Shown: positions 9,948 to 20,250, numbered from the stretch's first letter. The stretch is 64,000 nucleotides of DNA from an uncultured virus (IMG/VR IMGVR_UViG_3300042868_008629) (IMGVR_UViG_3300042868_008629:1-64000), one strand, 5' to 3'. The notes: generated by a model from the sequence alone, not told the origin. Numbers and translations: made by a program.

Positions 9948-12143
9948 TTAGCTTGTTGAAGTAAATGTGTATGTACTTGTTTTAGTACCCCCAGCAACTA
10001 AATTGGCTGTTAATGTAACTAAATAAGTATGTGTATTACCAATCGGAGGACACGGGCCTTCCCATCCTTGAGTATTTGAAGCACCTGGGTCACCTGTGGT
10101 TGGATTTATTGTCACACCACCAGGCCAAGGTATTGATGAACTAACCTGAGTGGTTGTATTTGGTATATTTGTTACATCCCAATGAATATATCCCGGATTG
10201 TCTAAATCTTCACAATAAATTTCAAAACTACTAATGTCTGAACTTGTTAAACCCCCCAACAAATACCATTTAAACCAAGGAGTTTCATTAGAACCACCAC
10301 AAGCCCCTGAAAATTTAAATGTTGTTGGTATGTCACTATCATCTAACGCCCACCAAGCATTAATTGTTAAAGATAAAAAGTCAGAACAAGCACCTATTGA
10401 TGTTATAGTTTGTTGTTGAGGACTTGGAGGATTAACAGACATTGTCCATGCTCCTGAAGTTGGTGAACTTGGATATCCTTTGAATATAGTCCAAGTAGAT
10501 GTACCTAAAGCTGTATTTATAATACTACTTGTTGATGCCGATAACGACCATACTCCCGAAGTACCAACAGATGGGTTAAAATATACAATTTCATTACCAG
10601 AATTTGATATCCAAGATGTTTGGCCATTTATATAAGTGTTATATTGGAAAGTAATTTGAGTTGTGGTTGGAGTAGGTGTACCGCCAGTCCTTTTGGTTGT
10701 CGTAATTGACATACAGAAAATATTTTCTAAATAGTTTGGAACTGGAGGTAAAGTTGTTGTTGATGTTGTAGTCGTTGTAAAACCAGGTACTGTACAAGTT
10801 GTTGTGAAAGTATAGTCACCATAATAGTCACTAACAACGGCAGTATAACTACCAGTAGATAGACCATTTATTGTCTTACCACCTATTAGTGTAGCACCAT
10901 TAGGAAAAGTCCATTCTATTGTGTATGGAGGAACACCACCAACGATACTTAATGTTATTGAACCATTTGAACTATCAGGGTTTCCAGTAATATTTGTTAC
11001 ATTACAGATTACGTTTAATGGTTGTATAGTGAGTACGTTACAATCATTTACTGGTATATAACCCGAGTTTATATATGACCTAGTTGTTGTAGTTGTCGTT
11101 GAAGTGGTAGGTGTTACACCAGTACAAGGTGTTCTTAAAACTTGTGAACAAAAAGGTGAACCCGAACATGTTACTAATGTAAATCCACTCGAACAAGTTA
11201 ACCCAGTAACACCTGAATTATCAAAAGTAGTACCCGTTAAATCTCTTGTGGTGAATACGGTTACTAAGGTTAATGCTGATTGGGAAGTAATTGCACTCAA
11301 AGACGAAACACTACCTGAATAAATTTCAGCACCGAAACCACCAGTAGCTCCTGTACTTGAATTTAGACCTTCCATTTGAATATAATTCGGTCCTGCTGGT
11401 AAAGTTATTGGGAAAACTGACCAAGTTGAAAAAGTTTGACCATGTGTTCTATAAGCTGAAAATGAATTGTACTGATTACCGAAAGTAAAACCACTTGTAT
11501 TAGCTTCAACTAATAACACACCATTTAATTTAAATCTGTAAAAATCGTCAGCACCCATTCCCAAATAATAGGTTTGAGATGTTGGATTATTGAAACAAGC
11601 AGTGAAACCAATCCATTCATTTGCTGGAGAAAAAGGTGATGTTGTTGTTGGCCAAACACCTGAGTAATTTAATCTACCTGGTGAATTGGGTAGAAAAGTT
11701 GTTGATTTATTACCCCATACTGTATTAGAATTAGCACATGGCCAAATTCTAGGTCCGTGAGTTGTTGCACTTAATGAACAACTTTCTAATAAACCACTTG
11801 GAGAAACAATACTTTGACCAGCACCCGGGCCTCCCAAAATATAATTTAAAGTTCTATCCTTCAAACTTTTGGTAGTATCAGAATCTATAAAAAATGATGT
11901 GTTGAATAAGGGTGTCCCATTTTTTGTTTGAGAACCAGTTGTAATTCCTGTCAGTATAATTGGAAACGTCAAATTAGTTATGTCTTCATAAAAAATTGTC
12001 CCCATATATCCGTTGGTAGAAAACTGACCTGCTTTCAAAACAACAAGAGTTGAGGCAGAACCACTGGTTGATGCGGTTACTTCTCTTATACACTCAGAAT
12101 TATCAGGTGCTGCGGTATAACCAGATGGACAAAAACAACTCAT
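9948..12143 (-). CDS. Multidomain fibre-like protein: PA14-like region, SprB repeat, Thr tracts and C-terminal PEBP (YbhB/YbcL) domain
   Basis: ADDFYRFKLNG...ITLPAGPNYIQME (PA14-like); GGVPPYTIEW (SprB); CEDLD...IHWDVTNIP...WEGPCPPIGNTHTY (PEBP). Confidence 0.6.
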   Translation of the reverse strand: MSCFCPSGYTAAPDNSECIREVTASTSGSASTLVVLKAGQFSTNGYMGTIFYEDITNLTFPIILTGITTGSQTKNGTPLFNTSFFIDSDTTKSLKDRTLNYILGGPGAGQSIVSPSGLLESCSLSATTHGPRIWPCANSNTVWGNKSTTFLPNSPGRLNYSGVWPTTTSPFSPANEWIGFTACFNNPTSQTYYLGMGADDFYRFKLNGVLLVEANTSGFTFGNQYNSFSAYRTHGQTFSTWSVFPITLPAGPNYIQMEGLNSSTGATGGFGAEIYSGSVSSLSAITSQSALTLVTVFTTRDLTGTTFDNSGVTGLTCSSGFTLVTCSGSPFCSQVLRTPCTGVTPTTSTTTTTTRSYINSGYIPVNDCNVLTIQPLNVICNVTNITGNPDSSNGSITLSIVGGVPPYTIEWTFPNGATLIGGKTINGLSTGSYTAVVSDYYGDYTFTTTCTVPGFTTTTTSTTTLPPVPNYLENIFCMSITTTKRTGGTPTPTTTQITFQYNTYINGQTSWISNSGNEIVYFNPSVGTSGVWSLSASTSSIINTALGTSTWTIFKGYPSSPTSGAWTMSVNPPSPQQQTITSIGACSDFLSLTINAWWALDDSDIPTTFKFSGACGGSNETPWFKWYLLGGLTSSDISSFEIYCEDLDNPGYIHWDVTNIPNTTTQVSSSIPWPGGVTINPTTGDPGASNTQGWEGPCPPIGNTHTYLVTLTANLVAGGTKTSTYTFTSTS

Positions 12144-12169
12144 TAATTAGATTTTAAATATAAATAGAT

Positions 12170-13147
12170 TTATTGATTGTTTTGAACAATCTTTTTCATT
12201 ATTTCGATGTATTTTATTGTTGAACTATTTTTCTCCACGTAATCAAAAAAATTAATGTTGGTTTTCAATTTATCTAAAGGACTTACATTAATAAATTCAC
12301 CTTTATAAAATTTTGAAGATTTCAAGTCATCGGTAACACCTGCCATATGTAGTATTGAATGTTGATTATAAATCTCCATTGAATCTGTTGCCCACGAAAA
12401 ACTTAATTCATCTGATATTTTAGTTTCATAATTATGTAACCATAAATTCCACAATAAAGACCACATTTCTGCTGTCCAAAATTGTATTTCACCAGGACTT
12501 ATCGGAAATCTTTTTTGGTAACTCAACATTTGGTCATAAAGTGGTGTACAATCTTCATAAATTTTTTTCCATAGTTCTTTTGTCGTGTTTTTCAACAAAT
12601 ACTGACCACCACCTGAGTTAAGTTGGTTTTCTTTTATAGTATTAACATCAATTCCTATAATATCACTCATTTCTCTCAAAAGTTGACCTTTTTGTGAGTT
12701 TGGATGTCTTCCTTCATATCTTTTACAACAATCCATAATGTAGTTGTAACCAATATAACCGATTGTATCTGATAAATAATTTATTTCATCTTTGAGTAAT
12801 GAATTGAAATCAGGTAATTTTCTGAATACAATATCAGCATCGTGTAAAAAAATATTTCTACTTAAAATCGGAAACTCCTCAATTAATTTGTAAACTAAAA
12901 ATGGTTTTATGTTAGGTATATAATGTTTTTGTTTTCTATCATCTAAATAATGATGAACATTAATTCCTAAATCTTTTAAATTTAAGGATTCATCACTAGG
13001 TTTGGTATTACCATAAACCATTGCAAATACAACGTGTATTTGATTTGGATTGATTCCCATCTCAATAAAGTTGTGAACATAAACTCTTACTTGCCAATGA
13101 AAGTAAGGAACATCTGGTTGTGCTGATACAAAAATTAAATCCTCCAT
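12170..13147 (-). CDS. GT-A fold glycosyltransferase resembling the SERGT1/HPAT (GT96/GT95) families
   Basis: YFHWQ, YIPNIKP, LHDADIVF (DxD), WTAEMW and ILH motifs in the same order as in plant peptidyl-serine galactosyltransferase and Hyp arabinosyltransferase. Confidence 0.65.
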   Translation of the reverse strand: MEDLIFVSAQPDVPYFHWQVRVYVHNFIEMGINPNQIHVVFAMVYGNTKPSDESLNLKDLGINVHHYLDDRKQKHYIPNIKPFLVYKLIEEFPILSRNIFLHDADIVFRKLPDFNSLLKDEINYLSDTIGYIGYNYIMDCCKRYEGRHPNSQKGQLLREMSDIIGIDVNTIKENQLNSGGGQYLLKNTTKELWKKIYEDCTPLYDQMLSYQKRFPISPGEIQFWTAEMWSLLWNLWLHNYETKISDELSFSWATDSMEIYNQHSILHMAGVTDDLKSSKFYKGEFINVSPLDKLKTNINFFDYVEKNSSTIKYIEIMKKIVQNNQ

Positions 13148-13176
13148 AATACAAAATTATAGAGGATTATTTGACT

Positions 13177-14391
13177 TTATAAATAATATAAAACATCCGC
13201 AGCCCCAATAAAAGTAGCATTTGCACCTAATGGTGTTATACATAACCACATTTCATCTAAAGTACCATTAACATTTGAACCAACTCTTATTTGATTGTCA
13301 TCTAATTTAGTGGTCGTTAAAGCAGATGTACCAGCCTGACCAATTAATGATGTCATTACGTGTCCTGGTGTTGTTATTGTTGGAGTTCCATCACTTAAAG
13401 AATATTGAAAAGGTGAGTTAGGTATATCAGTCCAACTTGGCGTTGAAGATAATGTTGGATTGAATTCCATAGTCAACAAGTAATTATCGTTTGAAGTGTT
13501 TAAGATACTGATTGTGTCAAACTGAGATGTTACACCAATGTAATTTTCTTTTAATCTATAGCCAATATATGGGTATTTTGTACCTGAGGTGGCCATCGTA
13601 GTTGTTGCGGTGTAAGGAATTGAAACTGTTGAATATAAACCATTTAGGGCACCTTCTGTTGAAGTTTGAGAACAAATCATATCAAAATAACCTGAACCAA
13701 CACCAACTTGTCTAATTTCGTATCTAATTGGTTGATTCGGTGAGGACATATAAACAGTTGGTATATTGTTTGCTGCGGTATAATCTAAAAAATAGAATGT
13801 TTGACCTGATAAAACCATACCAAATCTCACTCTACCTACACCTAACCATTGATAATCTACTGTCATTAGATTTGTTTCTGCCCAATCAAAATTATTTGGG
13901 TCGAATTCGGTTGAGTTCCAAGTTGTTGAGTCAGCACTAAAAGTACAAGAACCACTTAAGAATATATTAAATGTTATTGCACTAGTAACACCATTACTTT
14001 CCAAAAAGTAACCATCAAATACTGAATTATATGGTGACCCTGTTGTTGATTGAAAACACCCAACTCTTTTAATAACATTGGATTCAATTTGAAAATTACT
14101 AAAACTTCCCTCAAACAACTGACTTTTACCTGGTTGGTAAATTGGATGTGTTTTAGTTTTACGAATAACTAAATCATTGTTAGCTGATGTTGACATTCTA
14201 ACTCTTGCGTATTGTTGACTAAATACGGATGTTGCAGTACCAGCAGTTACCTCACTAATCTGAAGTGGATTTTTATCGAATGTGTGTTTAATATCCAAAA
14301 GATTTTGGACAGCTGCGGTTCTTAATCTACCAAAAGCATCTAAGTTAGGTCCATCTGAATATTTTATTGAGTTATTAAAAATGTATGCCAT
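13177..14391 (-). CDS. Virion structural protein (DAFGRLR family)
   Basis: DAFGRLR, YQPGKSQ and YQWLGVGRVRFG motifs, recurrent in large-phage structural proteins; beta-rich. Confidence 0.55.
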   Translation of the reverse strand: MAYIFNNSIKYSDGPNLDAFGRLRTAAVQNLLDIKHTFDKNPLQISEVTAGTATSVFSQQYARVRMSTSANNDLVIRKTKTHPIYQPGKSQLFEGSFSNFQIESNVIKRVGCFQSTTGSPYNSVFDGYFLESNGVTSAITFNIFLSGSCTFSADSTTWNSTEFDPNNFDWAETNLMTVDYQWLGVGRVRFGMVLSGQTFYFLDYTAANNIPTVYMSSPNQPIRYEIRQVGVGSGYFDMICSQTSTEGALNGLYSTVSIPYTATTTMATSGTKYPYIGYRLKENYIGVTSQFDTISILNTSNDNYLLTMEFNPTLSSTPSWTDIPNSPFQYSLSDGTPTITTPGHVMTSLIGQAGTSALTTTKLDDNQIRVGSNVNGTLDEMWLCITPLGANATFIGAADVLYYL

Positions 14392-14392
14392 A

Positions 14393-15208
14393 TTATATTA
14401 TCCACCAATTATTATTTCTTGCCACAAATGAAAGTGACATATAGTTTATGTTCATATCAACGTAAGCGTTCCCATCAATTGTACCCGAAGATGGTGTTAT
14501 TCTTATTCTATAAGTACTTGCATAACCACCTTCGTCTTTGATTGTTAATTTATATCCTTGAATACCTGAGGGTGAAAATAAAGTGACATCAACATTACCT
14601 GAGTAACTTATTCCATTATAACTATAACCTGTAACTAATGTAATAGCTGAAGTTGATATACCAGTTGTTGATTCGGTGGAAGTACCTACACCTATAACAT
14701 TAAAAGTACCACCAGTATTATTTACAAGTGTCAATGTTCCCGCCGAAAATGTACCACCAGTAACCCTTATGTCCGTTGGTAAATTTTGATATGTCGTTGC
14801 TGATATTGTTCCACTACTAGTTGTTCCCGTGACTGATAAATTTCCATTAATTGTTAAACCAGTCATAGTATTAACATTTACAGAAAATGAACTTCCATCA
14901 CTTTCAGATAAAGTAAATGTATTATTATTGTAAGTAAAAGCGGTAACACTTGTGTCTGTAAATCCTGTAACAAATCCTGAAACTGAAAAAGTACCACCAG
15001 AACTATTAGTAAATGTTATTACACCTGTTGAGGAATTATAAGTACCACCTGTAATGTATACCGATTGTACTAAATTAGTTACTTGTTGGATTGTTGCTTT
15101 ATATGATGAACCTGCAGGATTTTGCGATGTATCACTGGTATTAACAATATGTATTAAATCAGTGAATGTTACTCCTGTTGCTAAAGTTCTATCGGTAAGA
15201 AATGCCAT
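14393..15208 (-). CDS. Tail fibre-like protein
   Basis: Repeated TGGT(Y/F)...GT(I/L)T..N..GGTF.V.G units; C-terminal IKDEGG...IDG...YMSL...NWWII fibre-tip-like motif. Confidence 0.55.
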   Translation of the reverse strand: MAFLTDRTLATGVTFTDLIHIVNTSDTSQNPAGSSYKATIQQVTNLVQSVYITGGTYNSSTGVITFTNSSGGTFSVSGFVTGFTDTSVTAFTYNNNTFTLSESDGSSFSVNVNTMTGLTINGNLSVTGTTSSGTISATTYQNLPTDIRVTGGTFSAGTLTLVNNTGGTFNVIGVGTSTESTTGISTSAITLVTGYSYNGISYSGNVDVTLFSPSGIQGYKLTIKDEGGYASTYRIRITPSSGTIDGNAYVDMNINYMSLSFVARNNNWWII

Positions 15209-15229
15209 TTTATTTTTTTATATAAATAG

Positions 15230-15529
15230 TTAGGACATAAAGAAATATGGAACACCATCCATAAAAAAGAAATCTTGTAAATCCATAAAGTCCTTATTAT
15301 CATCACTACAATATAAAACTTTGAATTTCTCACAACCATCACTTGTAATTACCTTAATACCCAAAGCTGGTGCAGTTTTGAATTGTTGTGGAAGTGCAAA
15401 TAAATTATTTAAAGGTACGTTTGTATCAATGTACGCAACCAAAACACATTGAAGGCCATATACATCACAAATATAAACTGTATAGGGAAAATTAAGACCA
15501 AAAATGGATGAAAATTCTAAAGTAGTCAT
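15230..15529 (-). CDS. Small structural protein
   Basis: PYTVYICD...KVITSDGCE, similar to 17537-17752; preceded by a TATTTAT motif. Confidence 0.5.
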   Translation of the reverse strand: MTTLEFSSIFGLNFPYTVYICDVYGLQCVLVAYIDTNVPLNNLFALPQQFKTAPALGIKVITSDGCEKFKVLYCSDDNKDFMDLQDFFFMDGVPYFFMS

Positions 15530-15569
15530 TTGAATAGTTACTTTAGATAAATACTACATTTTATATAAA

Positions 15570-17531
15570 CTAAAATCCACCATCAATCAAAGTACCTCCT
15601 TTACCTGTATCACCAATAGTTGAAATACAAATAGTACAATTTTCGAAGAAACTTACACCTGAAGTTGGAAAACTGTTTCCTGACAAATAAGTTGAAGTTG
15701 AACCCAAAGGTAACGTTGGATATGTGGTTGAATAAGAAATAAATTTCCAACATTGTCCATTGTATGGTGAACTTGATAAACTGAATACTTGATTTGGAGT
15801 ATATGTCGGACCTGGTAAAGTTTGTATTACATATTGAGTTGGGTCAGAACATCTCTGATACAAATAATAACCAACTGCTTGTGAAGACGTTGGAGTAGGT
15901 GTTAATGTTGGAGTGATGGATGGGGTTGGTGTAATTGTAGGGGTTGGGGTTATATCAGGAGTACAAACACTATCACAACTTGACAAACCAGTGATACTTC
16001 CCAAAGGACCATCAACCAAATCTATTTGGTCAACACCGATTACGTCTAATTCTATACCTAAGAACACAACACACTTTGAAACACCATTTATATTTGCCTT
16101 GAATATATCTGATTGTGTTAAAGTACCACCTGATGGTAATATTATTGGATTTACAGCATAATATAAACTACCATTTGAACAATCAACGAACTTCTTACTC
16201 GAAGGACATTCTAATATTCCAATTACTGGATTAAAGGTAACTGTTCCTGAGATATTACAAGGTCTTGTCACTTCAGGTGTCATTGTAGGTGTTACACTTA
16301 TTGTTGGTGTTGGAGTTGGTGTATAACCAGTAATTGTTGCATCCAATGCTCTACCACCACAAGGGTCACTTGGTGTTGGTGTTGGAGTTATTGTTGGTGT
16401 TAAAGAGATTGTAGGTGTTACACTCGGAGTAGGAGTAACTTCACAATCAAAAACCGCAGTGAAATCTAAAACTGAACAATTTACAGTTGGTGTTGGTGTT
16501 GGTGTTGGACATGCTCCACTGAAAACATAATCATCACATAAATCGGGACAACTTGAGTTACAAGGATATGGTCCTTCAAGTAAACAAGAGCCACCCAACG
16601 TAGTCGATAAACACCAAGTACCTCCAGTTGTAAAATATATAAAGTCACCATTCGTTGTTCCAGACCAATATGTTTCACTATTATATGTACCAGCAGACAA
16701 GTAGGTGTCATCATAACCTAAACCTGTGTCACTTATACAATATATGGGTGGACAACCCAAACAAGAAATTAATTCACTAAAAAGATTAATTGAAGAACCT
16801 GTTAAATCCGATAAACAATTTAAAGCATTATCAATAGTTGTTGTAGTAAATGATGGACAATAACTTGTTGTTAATGAACCAGCACCCCTTGGAACTGATG
16901 TGGTTAAATTTTCTATTTCCCAATCATTAGTGTCCCAATACATTACCATAAAGTCACCATTGATATTTGTAAACGTATAATATTGTCTGCCATTTATAAT
17001 ACCATCATTGTATAATCCTCTATAATAATAACCACCTGAATATTCGATTCCAAGTAATAGACAACATTCATCTATATTACATTGATATGTATTTGTACAA
17101 TCAACACAATCTGTAAAAATAACTGGAATTGCAAAATCCATTTGTAATGCTGTCACATATGGATATGATGCTGCGTCACCATCGTCTGTAATGTTATGAC
17201 ATCCATAACTAACGTTAGTACTATTAGTAAAAGCTGCAAAGTAGACATAATATGACGCACCTGAAAAACCTGATAACGAATTAGGAATTTCGACAGAAAA
17301 TGAATCAACAGAACAACATGCAGAAAAATCGTAGGTTAAATCTAAAGTACCTTGTAATTGTACATCCAAACCCACATAAGTTGAACCAGTAACGGATTCA
17401 TCAGCTGAAATATAAAATGTTTGACTTGGTGGTATATTAATTATAATATTACTACCTTGAGAATCTATGAATGTGAATCCACTATATAATGTAGAACCTG
17501 TGTTTGCAACAAAAAAGCCGTAATTAGCCAT
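15570..17531 (-). CDS. Cys-rich structural protein with Pro-Thr repeat linkers
   Basis: Four (PT)n/TPTPSVTPT tracts separate Cys-containing domains. Confidence 0.55.
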   Translation of the reverse strand: MANYGFFVANTGSTLYSGFTFIDSQGSNIIINIPPSQTFYISADESVTGSTYVGLDVQLQGTLDLTYDFSACCSVDSFSVEIPNSLSGFSGASYYVYFAAFTNSTNVSYGCHNITDDGDAASYPYVTALQMDFAIPVIFTDCVDCTNTYQCNIDECCLLLGIEYSGGYYYRGLYNDGIINGRQYYTFTNINGDFMVMYWDTNDWEIENLTTSVPRGAGSLTTSYCPSFTTTTIDNALNCLSDLTGSSINLFSELISCLGCPPIYCISDTGLGYDDTYLSAGTYNSETYWSGTTNGDFIYFTTGGTWCLSTTLGGSCLLEGPYPCNSSCPDLCDDYVFSGACPTPTPTPTVNCSVLDFTAVFDCEVTPTPSVTPTISLTPTITPTPTPSDPCGGRALDATITGYTPTPTPTISVTPTMTPEVTRPCNISGTVTFNPVIGILECPSSKKFVDCSNGSLYYAVNPIILPSGGTLTQSDIFKANINGVSKCVVFLGIELDVIGVDQIDLVDGPLGSITGLSSCDSVCTPDITPTPTITPTPSITPTLTPTPTSSQAVGYYLYQRCSDPTQYVIQTLPGPTYTPNQVFSLSSSPYNGQCWKFISYSTTYPTLPLGSTSTYLSGNSFPTSGVSFFENCTICISTIGDTGKGGTLIDGGF

Positions 17532-17536
17532 TATTA

Positions 17537-17752
17537 TTATACTACTAAATTGGAGATTATTTCACAATTATTATCGTCAACAACTTTAAGATTATATGAT
17601 AGTTGACCATCCAAAATGAATGGGACATCAAAAGAATATGTTCCACCAGTTATGGTTGAAACATATACACAAGTTGTAAGGGGGTCATCACATAAATAAA
17701 TGTCGAAGGGTGTAGCCCCAGTTACTCCATTTATTGTTATCGTTGTTGGCAT
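17537..17752 (-). CDS. Small structural protein (paralog of 15230-15529)
   Basis: GATPFDIYLCD...KVVDDNNCE; first gene of the minus-strand operon, preceded by TATTTATA. Confidence 0.5.
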   Translation of the reverse strand: MPTTITINGVTGATPFDIYLCDDPLTTCVYVSTITGGTYSFDVPFILDGQLSYNLKVVDDNNCEIISNLVV

Positions 17753-17796
17753 TTGACAAAATTGTTTTTTATAAATATATTAGGTAGTAAAACTTT

Positions 17797-18708
17797 GTGA
17801 ATATTATGGCTGACGATAATGAAATATTAGTAGACCTTCTACGTGATATATTTGGTAAAGAGAAACAACATTATGATTCTAAGGGTCAGATTTCCCATAA
17901 TTGCCCTAATTGTGATGAAGGTAAGAATAAAGGTAATTTAGAAATTAATTACTTTAAACATGTATTTCATTGTTGGAGTTGTGGTGACACAGACAATATG
18001 CACGGTTCACTTGGTAAGTTAATTAAAAAATATGGTAAAAAGTCACATTATAAAACATATTCCATATTAGCTCCAGAAGAAAACAAACCATTACAAAGAA
18101 AGAAAGTTGAAAAACTAAAATTACCTGAACACTTCAAGAAGTTCAACGAAGTTTCAAGTATCTATCCTGTAAGGAGACAAGCCTACAACTATCTAATGAA
18201 TAGAGGTATTACTGATGAAATTATTGAAAGATATGGTATTGGATTTTGTGATAATGGTAGTCACGCAGGTAGAATTATAATACCATCATATGATAATAAA
18301 AATGAATTAAATTATTATATTGCGAGAAGTTGGGATTTACATACAAAAGCTAAATATAAGAATCCTGAATCGGAAAAAGATAAAATCATATTCTTTGAGA
18401 GTTTGATAGATTGGGAAAAAGATATTACCTTGGTTGAGGGAGTATTTGATTCTATCTTTATACCAAATAGTATACCAATGTTGGGGAAACATATGAGTTC
18501 GTTATTATTTAATATCTTGTACGAGAAAGCCAAAAGAAATATAACAATTGCATTGGATGGTGATGCCTATGATAATGCGGTAAGTTTATACCACGAGTTA
18601 AATGGTGGTGAATTATATGGAAGAATAAAGATTGTAAAATTACCACTTGATAAGGACATCGCTGATTTGAGGGGAAACATAAATGAATATTACATAACAA
18701 TAAGATGA
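17797..18708 (+). CDS. DNA primase (DnaG-like, Zn finger plus TOPRIM)
   Basis: CPNC...HCWSC Zn finger; YLMNRGI; RIIIP; KYKNP; LVEGVFD and ALDGDA TOPRIM motifs. Confidence 0.85.
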   Translation: MNIMADDNEILVDLLRDIFGKEKQHYDSKGQISHNCPNCDEGKNKGNLEINYFKHVFHCWSCGDTDNMHGSLGKLIKKYGKKSHYKTYSILAPEENKPLQRKKVEKLKLPEHFKKFNEVSSIYPVRRQAYNYLMNRGITDEIIERYGIGFCDNGSHAGRIIIPSYDNKNELNYYIARSWDLHTKAKYKNPESEKDKIIFFESLIDWEKDITLVEGVFDSIFIPNSIPMLGKHMSSLLFNILYEKAKRNITIALDGDAYDNAVSLYHELNGGELYGRIKIVKLPLDKDIADLRGNINEYYITIR

Positions 18709-19550
18709 CAGATTTATATAAAGTAAGAGATGAGATATTGGAAATAGTGGGGAATAGACAAAAAGAACTACAACTTACATTTGAGGAAGAAGCTCATAAA
18801 TATACAATGTTGGATATCAATGGAAAACTGAAAGATGATTGGTATTCCGTATCAAAGATTATTAAAAAATATTACGATGAGTTTCCAGCTGAAGAAATTG
18901 CATTAAAAAAGGCCAAAGGTGATGTTGAAGAACAACAAAAATTATTAAAAGAATGGGCTGATGCTGGTACATATTCTACTAACTTGGGGAGTAGAACCCA
19001 CTATTTGTTGGAACAAAAATCATTGGAAATGTTTGATATCGAAAAAGAAGTTAGACAACCCATATTTGATTGTGATTTTGAACAAATATTGAAGAGTGAT
19101 AGAATGGTTAGTGCTGGTGGTAATTATTTGGAATTAATGAAAGAAAGAGGTGCGGTTTTACTAGATACTGAAATGGTATTAGGTGATAACGAATTACAAT
19201 ATGTTGGACAACCCGACCAAATGTGGTTAATTGAAAATAAAGAAAAAAACCAAATAGGTATTTTCTGTGGTGATTATAAAACTAACAAACCAAAAAACTT
19301 TGAATCTAATCAATTTACCAAACCAATGAAGTATCCCTTCAATAAGTTACCAAACAATGCTTTGGGACACTACTATATCCAACTTCCACTATATTTAAGA
19401 TTATTATTTAAAATGTTGAAAGGAAGTAAGTATGAAAATATTGGACTATTTGGGGCAATTATAGTATTATTGAAAGACGATGGGACATTTGAAGAATTTA
19501 GAATACCAACATCGGTTATTAATCAGGTAATGAATTTGAAAATCTTTTAA
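18705..19550 (+). CDS. PD-(D/E)XK exonuclease
   Basis: FEEEAHKY, SVS, GSRTH, GQPD, DYKTNK and HYYIQL.LY motifs. Confidence 0.75.
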   Translation: MTDLYKVRDEILEIVGNRQKELQLTFEEEAHKYTMLDINGKLKDDWYSVSKIIKKYYDEFPAEEIALKKAKGDVEEQQKLLKEWADAGTYSTNLGSRTHYLLEQKSLEMFDIEKEVRQPIFDCDFEQILKSDRMVSAGGNYLELMKERGAVLLDTEMVLGDNELQYVGQPDQMWLIENKEKNQIGIFCGDYKTNKPKNFESNQFTKPMKYPFNKLPNNALGHYYIQLPLYLRLLFKMLKGSKYENIGLFGAIIVLLKDDGTFEEFRIPTSVINQVMNLKIF

Positions 19551-19556
19551 AACAAA

Positions 19557-19742
19557 ATGGAATTGGAAAACGAAGTATTAATTGAAAGGGAGAAGGAATA
19601 TCTCGATGACTTGAAAATGGTGCTCAAAAAATTAAAAAAGAAATACACATTTATTTATAATGGTGTGAAGTTTGTCTCTGATAGGGAAATTATAGGTGTT
19701 GAACCTGAGACATATAAATTAATTTACAAAAACAACAATTAA
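19557..19742 (+). CDS. Hypothetical protein
   Basis: Short ORF in an operon with an A-rich leader. Confidence 0.45.
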   Translation: MELENEVLIEREKEYLDDLKMVLKKLKKKYTFIYNGVKFVSDREIIGVEPETYKLIYKNNN

Positions 19743-19745
19743 AAA

Positions 19746-20018
19746 ATGGAAAACCAAAAATTAGAATCAGTTGAAGTTTCAGTTTATGAATCTTTTACAA
19801 CTTACCTTAGAAAAAAACCATTGGTTATTAACATTACAGATTATCCTGAATTGGATGGTATGGATGAAGACCAAATCCAAGCTTATATTTTGGAAAATGG
19901 TTGGGATATGAAACCTATGGATGGTAATGTTTATGAAAGTTTGATGGAAGAACTTAATAACCAAGATACCGAATGGGATAAAATTGATAATGAAGATTTT
20001 AATATAATTGTAGAATAA
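19746..20018 (+). CDS. Hypothetical acidic protein
   Basis: ORF in a tightly packed operon. Confidence 0.5.
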   Translation: MENQKLESVEVSVYESFTTYLRKKPLVINITDYPELDGMDEDQIQAYILENGWDMKPMDGNVYESLMEELNNQDTEWDKIDNEDFNIIVE

Positions 20019-20019
20019 T

Positions 20020-20250
20020 ATGGATAACCTAATTAATACAGAACAAAACCTACCAAAAATTGACCTTAAAGAACAACCAACTATTACCTGTGAGGAGTGT
20101 GGGTCAAAATACTTTAAAGAAGTAGTTCTAATCAAAAAAGTTTCTAAAATGTTAACAGGTAGTTTTGAAGATACCTTAGTACCATTCCCAACTTATCGTT
20201 GTGATGATTGTGGACACGTTAATCCCGACTTCGAATTATTTGATAAATGA
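20020..20250 (+). CDS. Zn-ribbon protein
   Basis: CEECG...CDDCG. Confidence 0.6.
   Translation: MDNLINTEQNLPKIDLKEQPTITCEECGSKYFKEVVLIKKVSKMLTGSFEDTLVPFPTYRCDDCGHVNPDFELFDK

Noticed and set aside
18705..19550. Cas4-like nuclease as evidence of a CRISPR system
   Set aside because: No Fe-S cysteine cluster and no array; it fits a phage replication exonuclease beside the primase.
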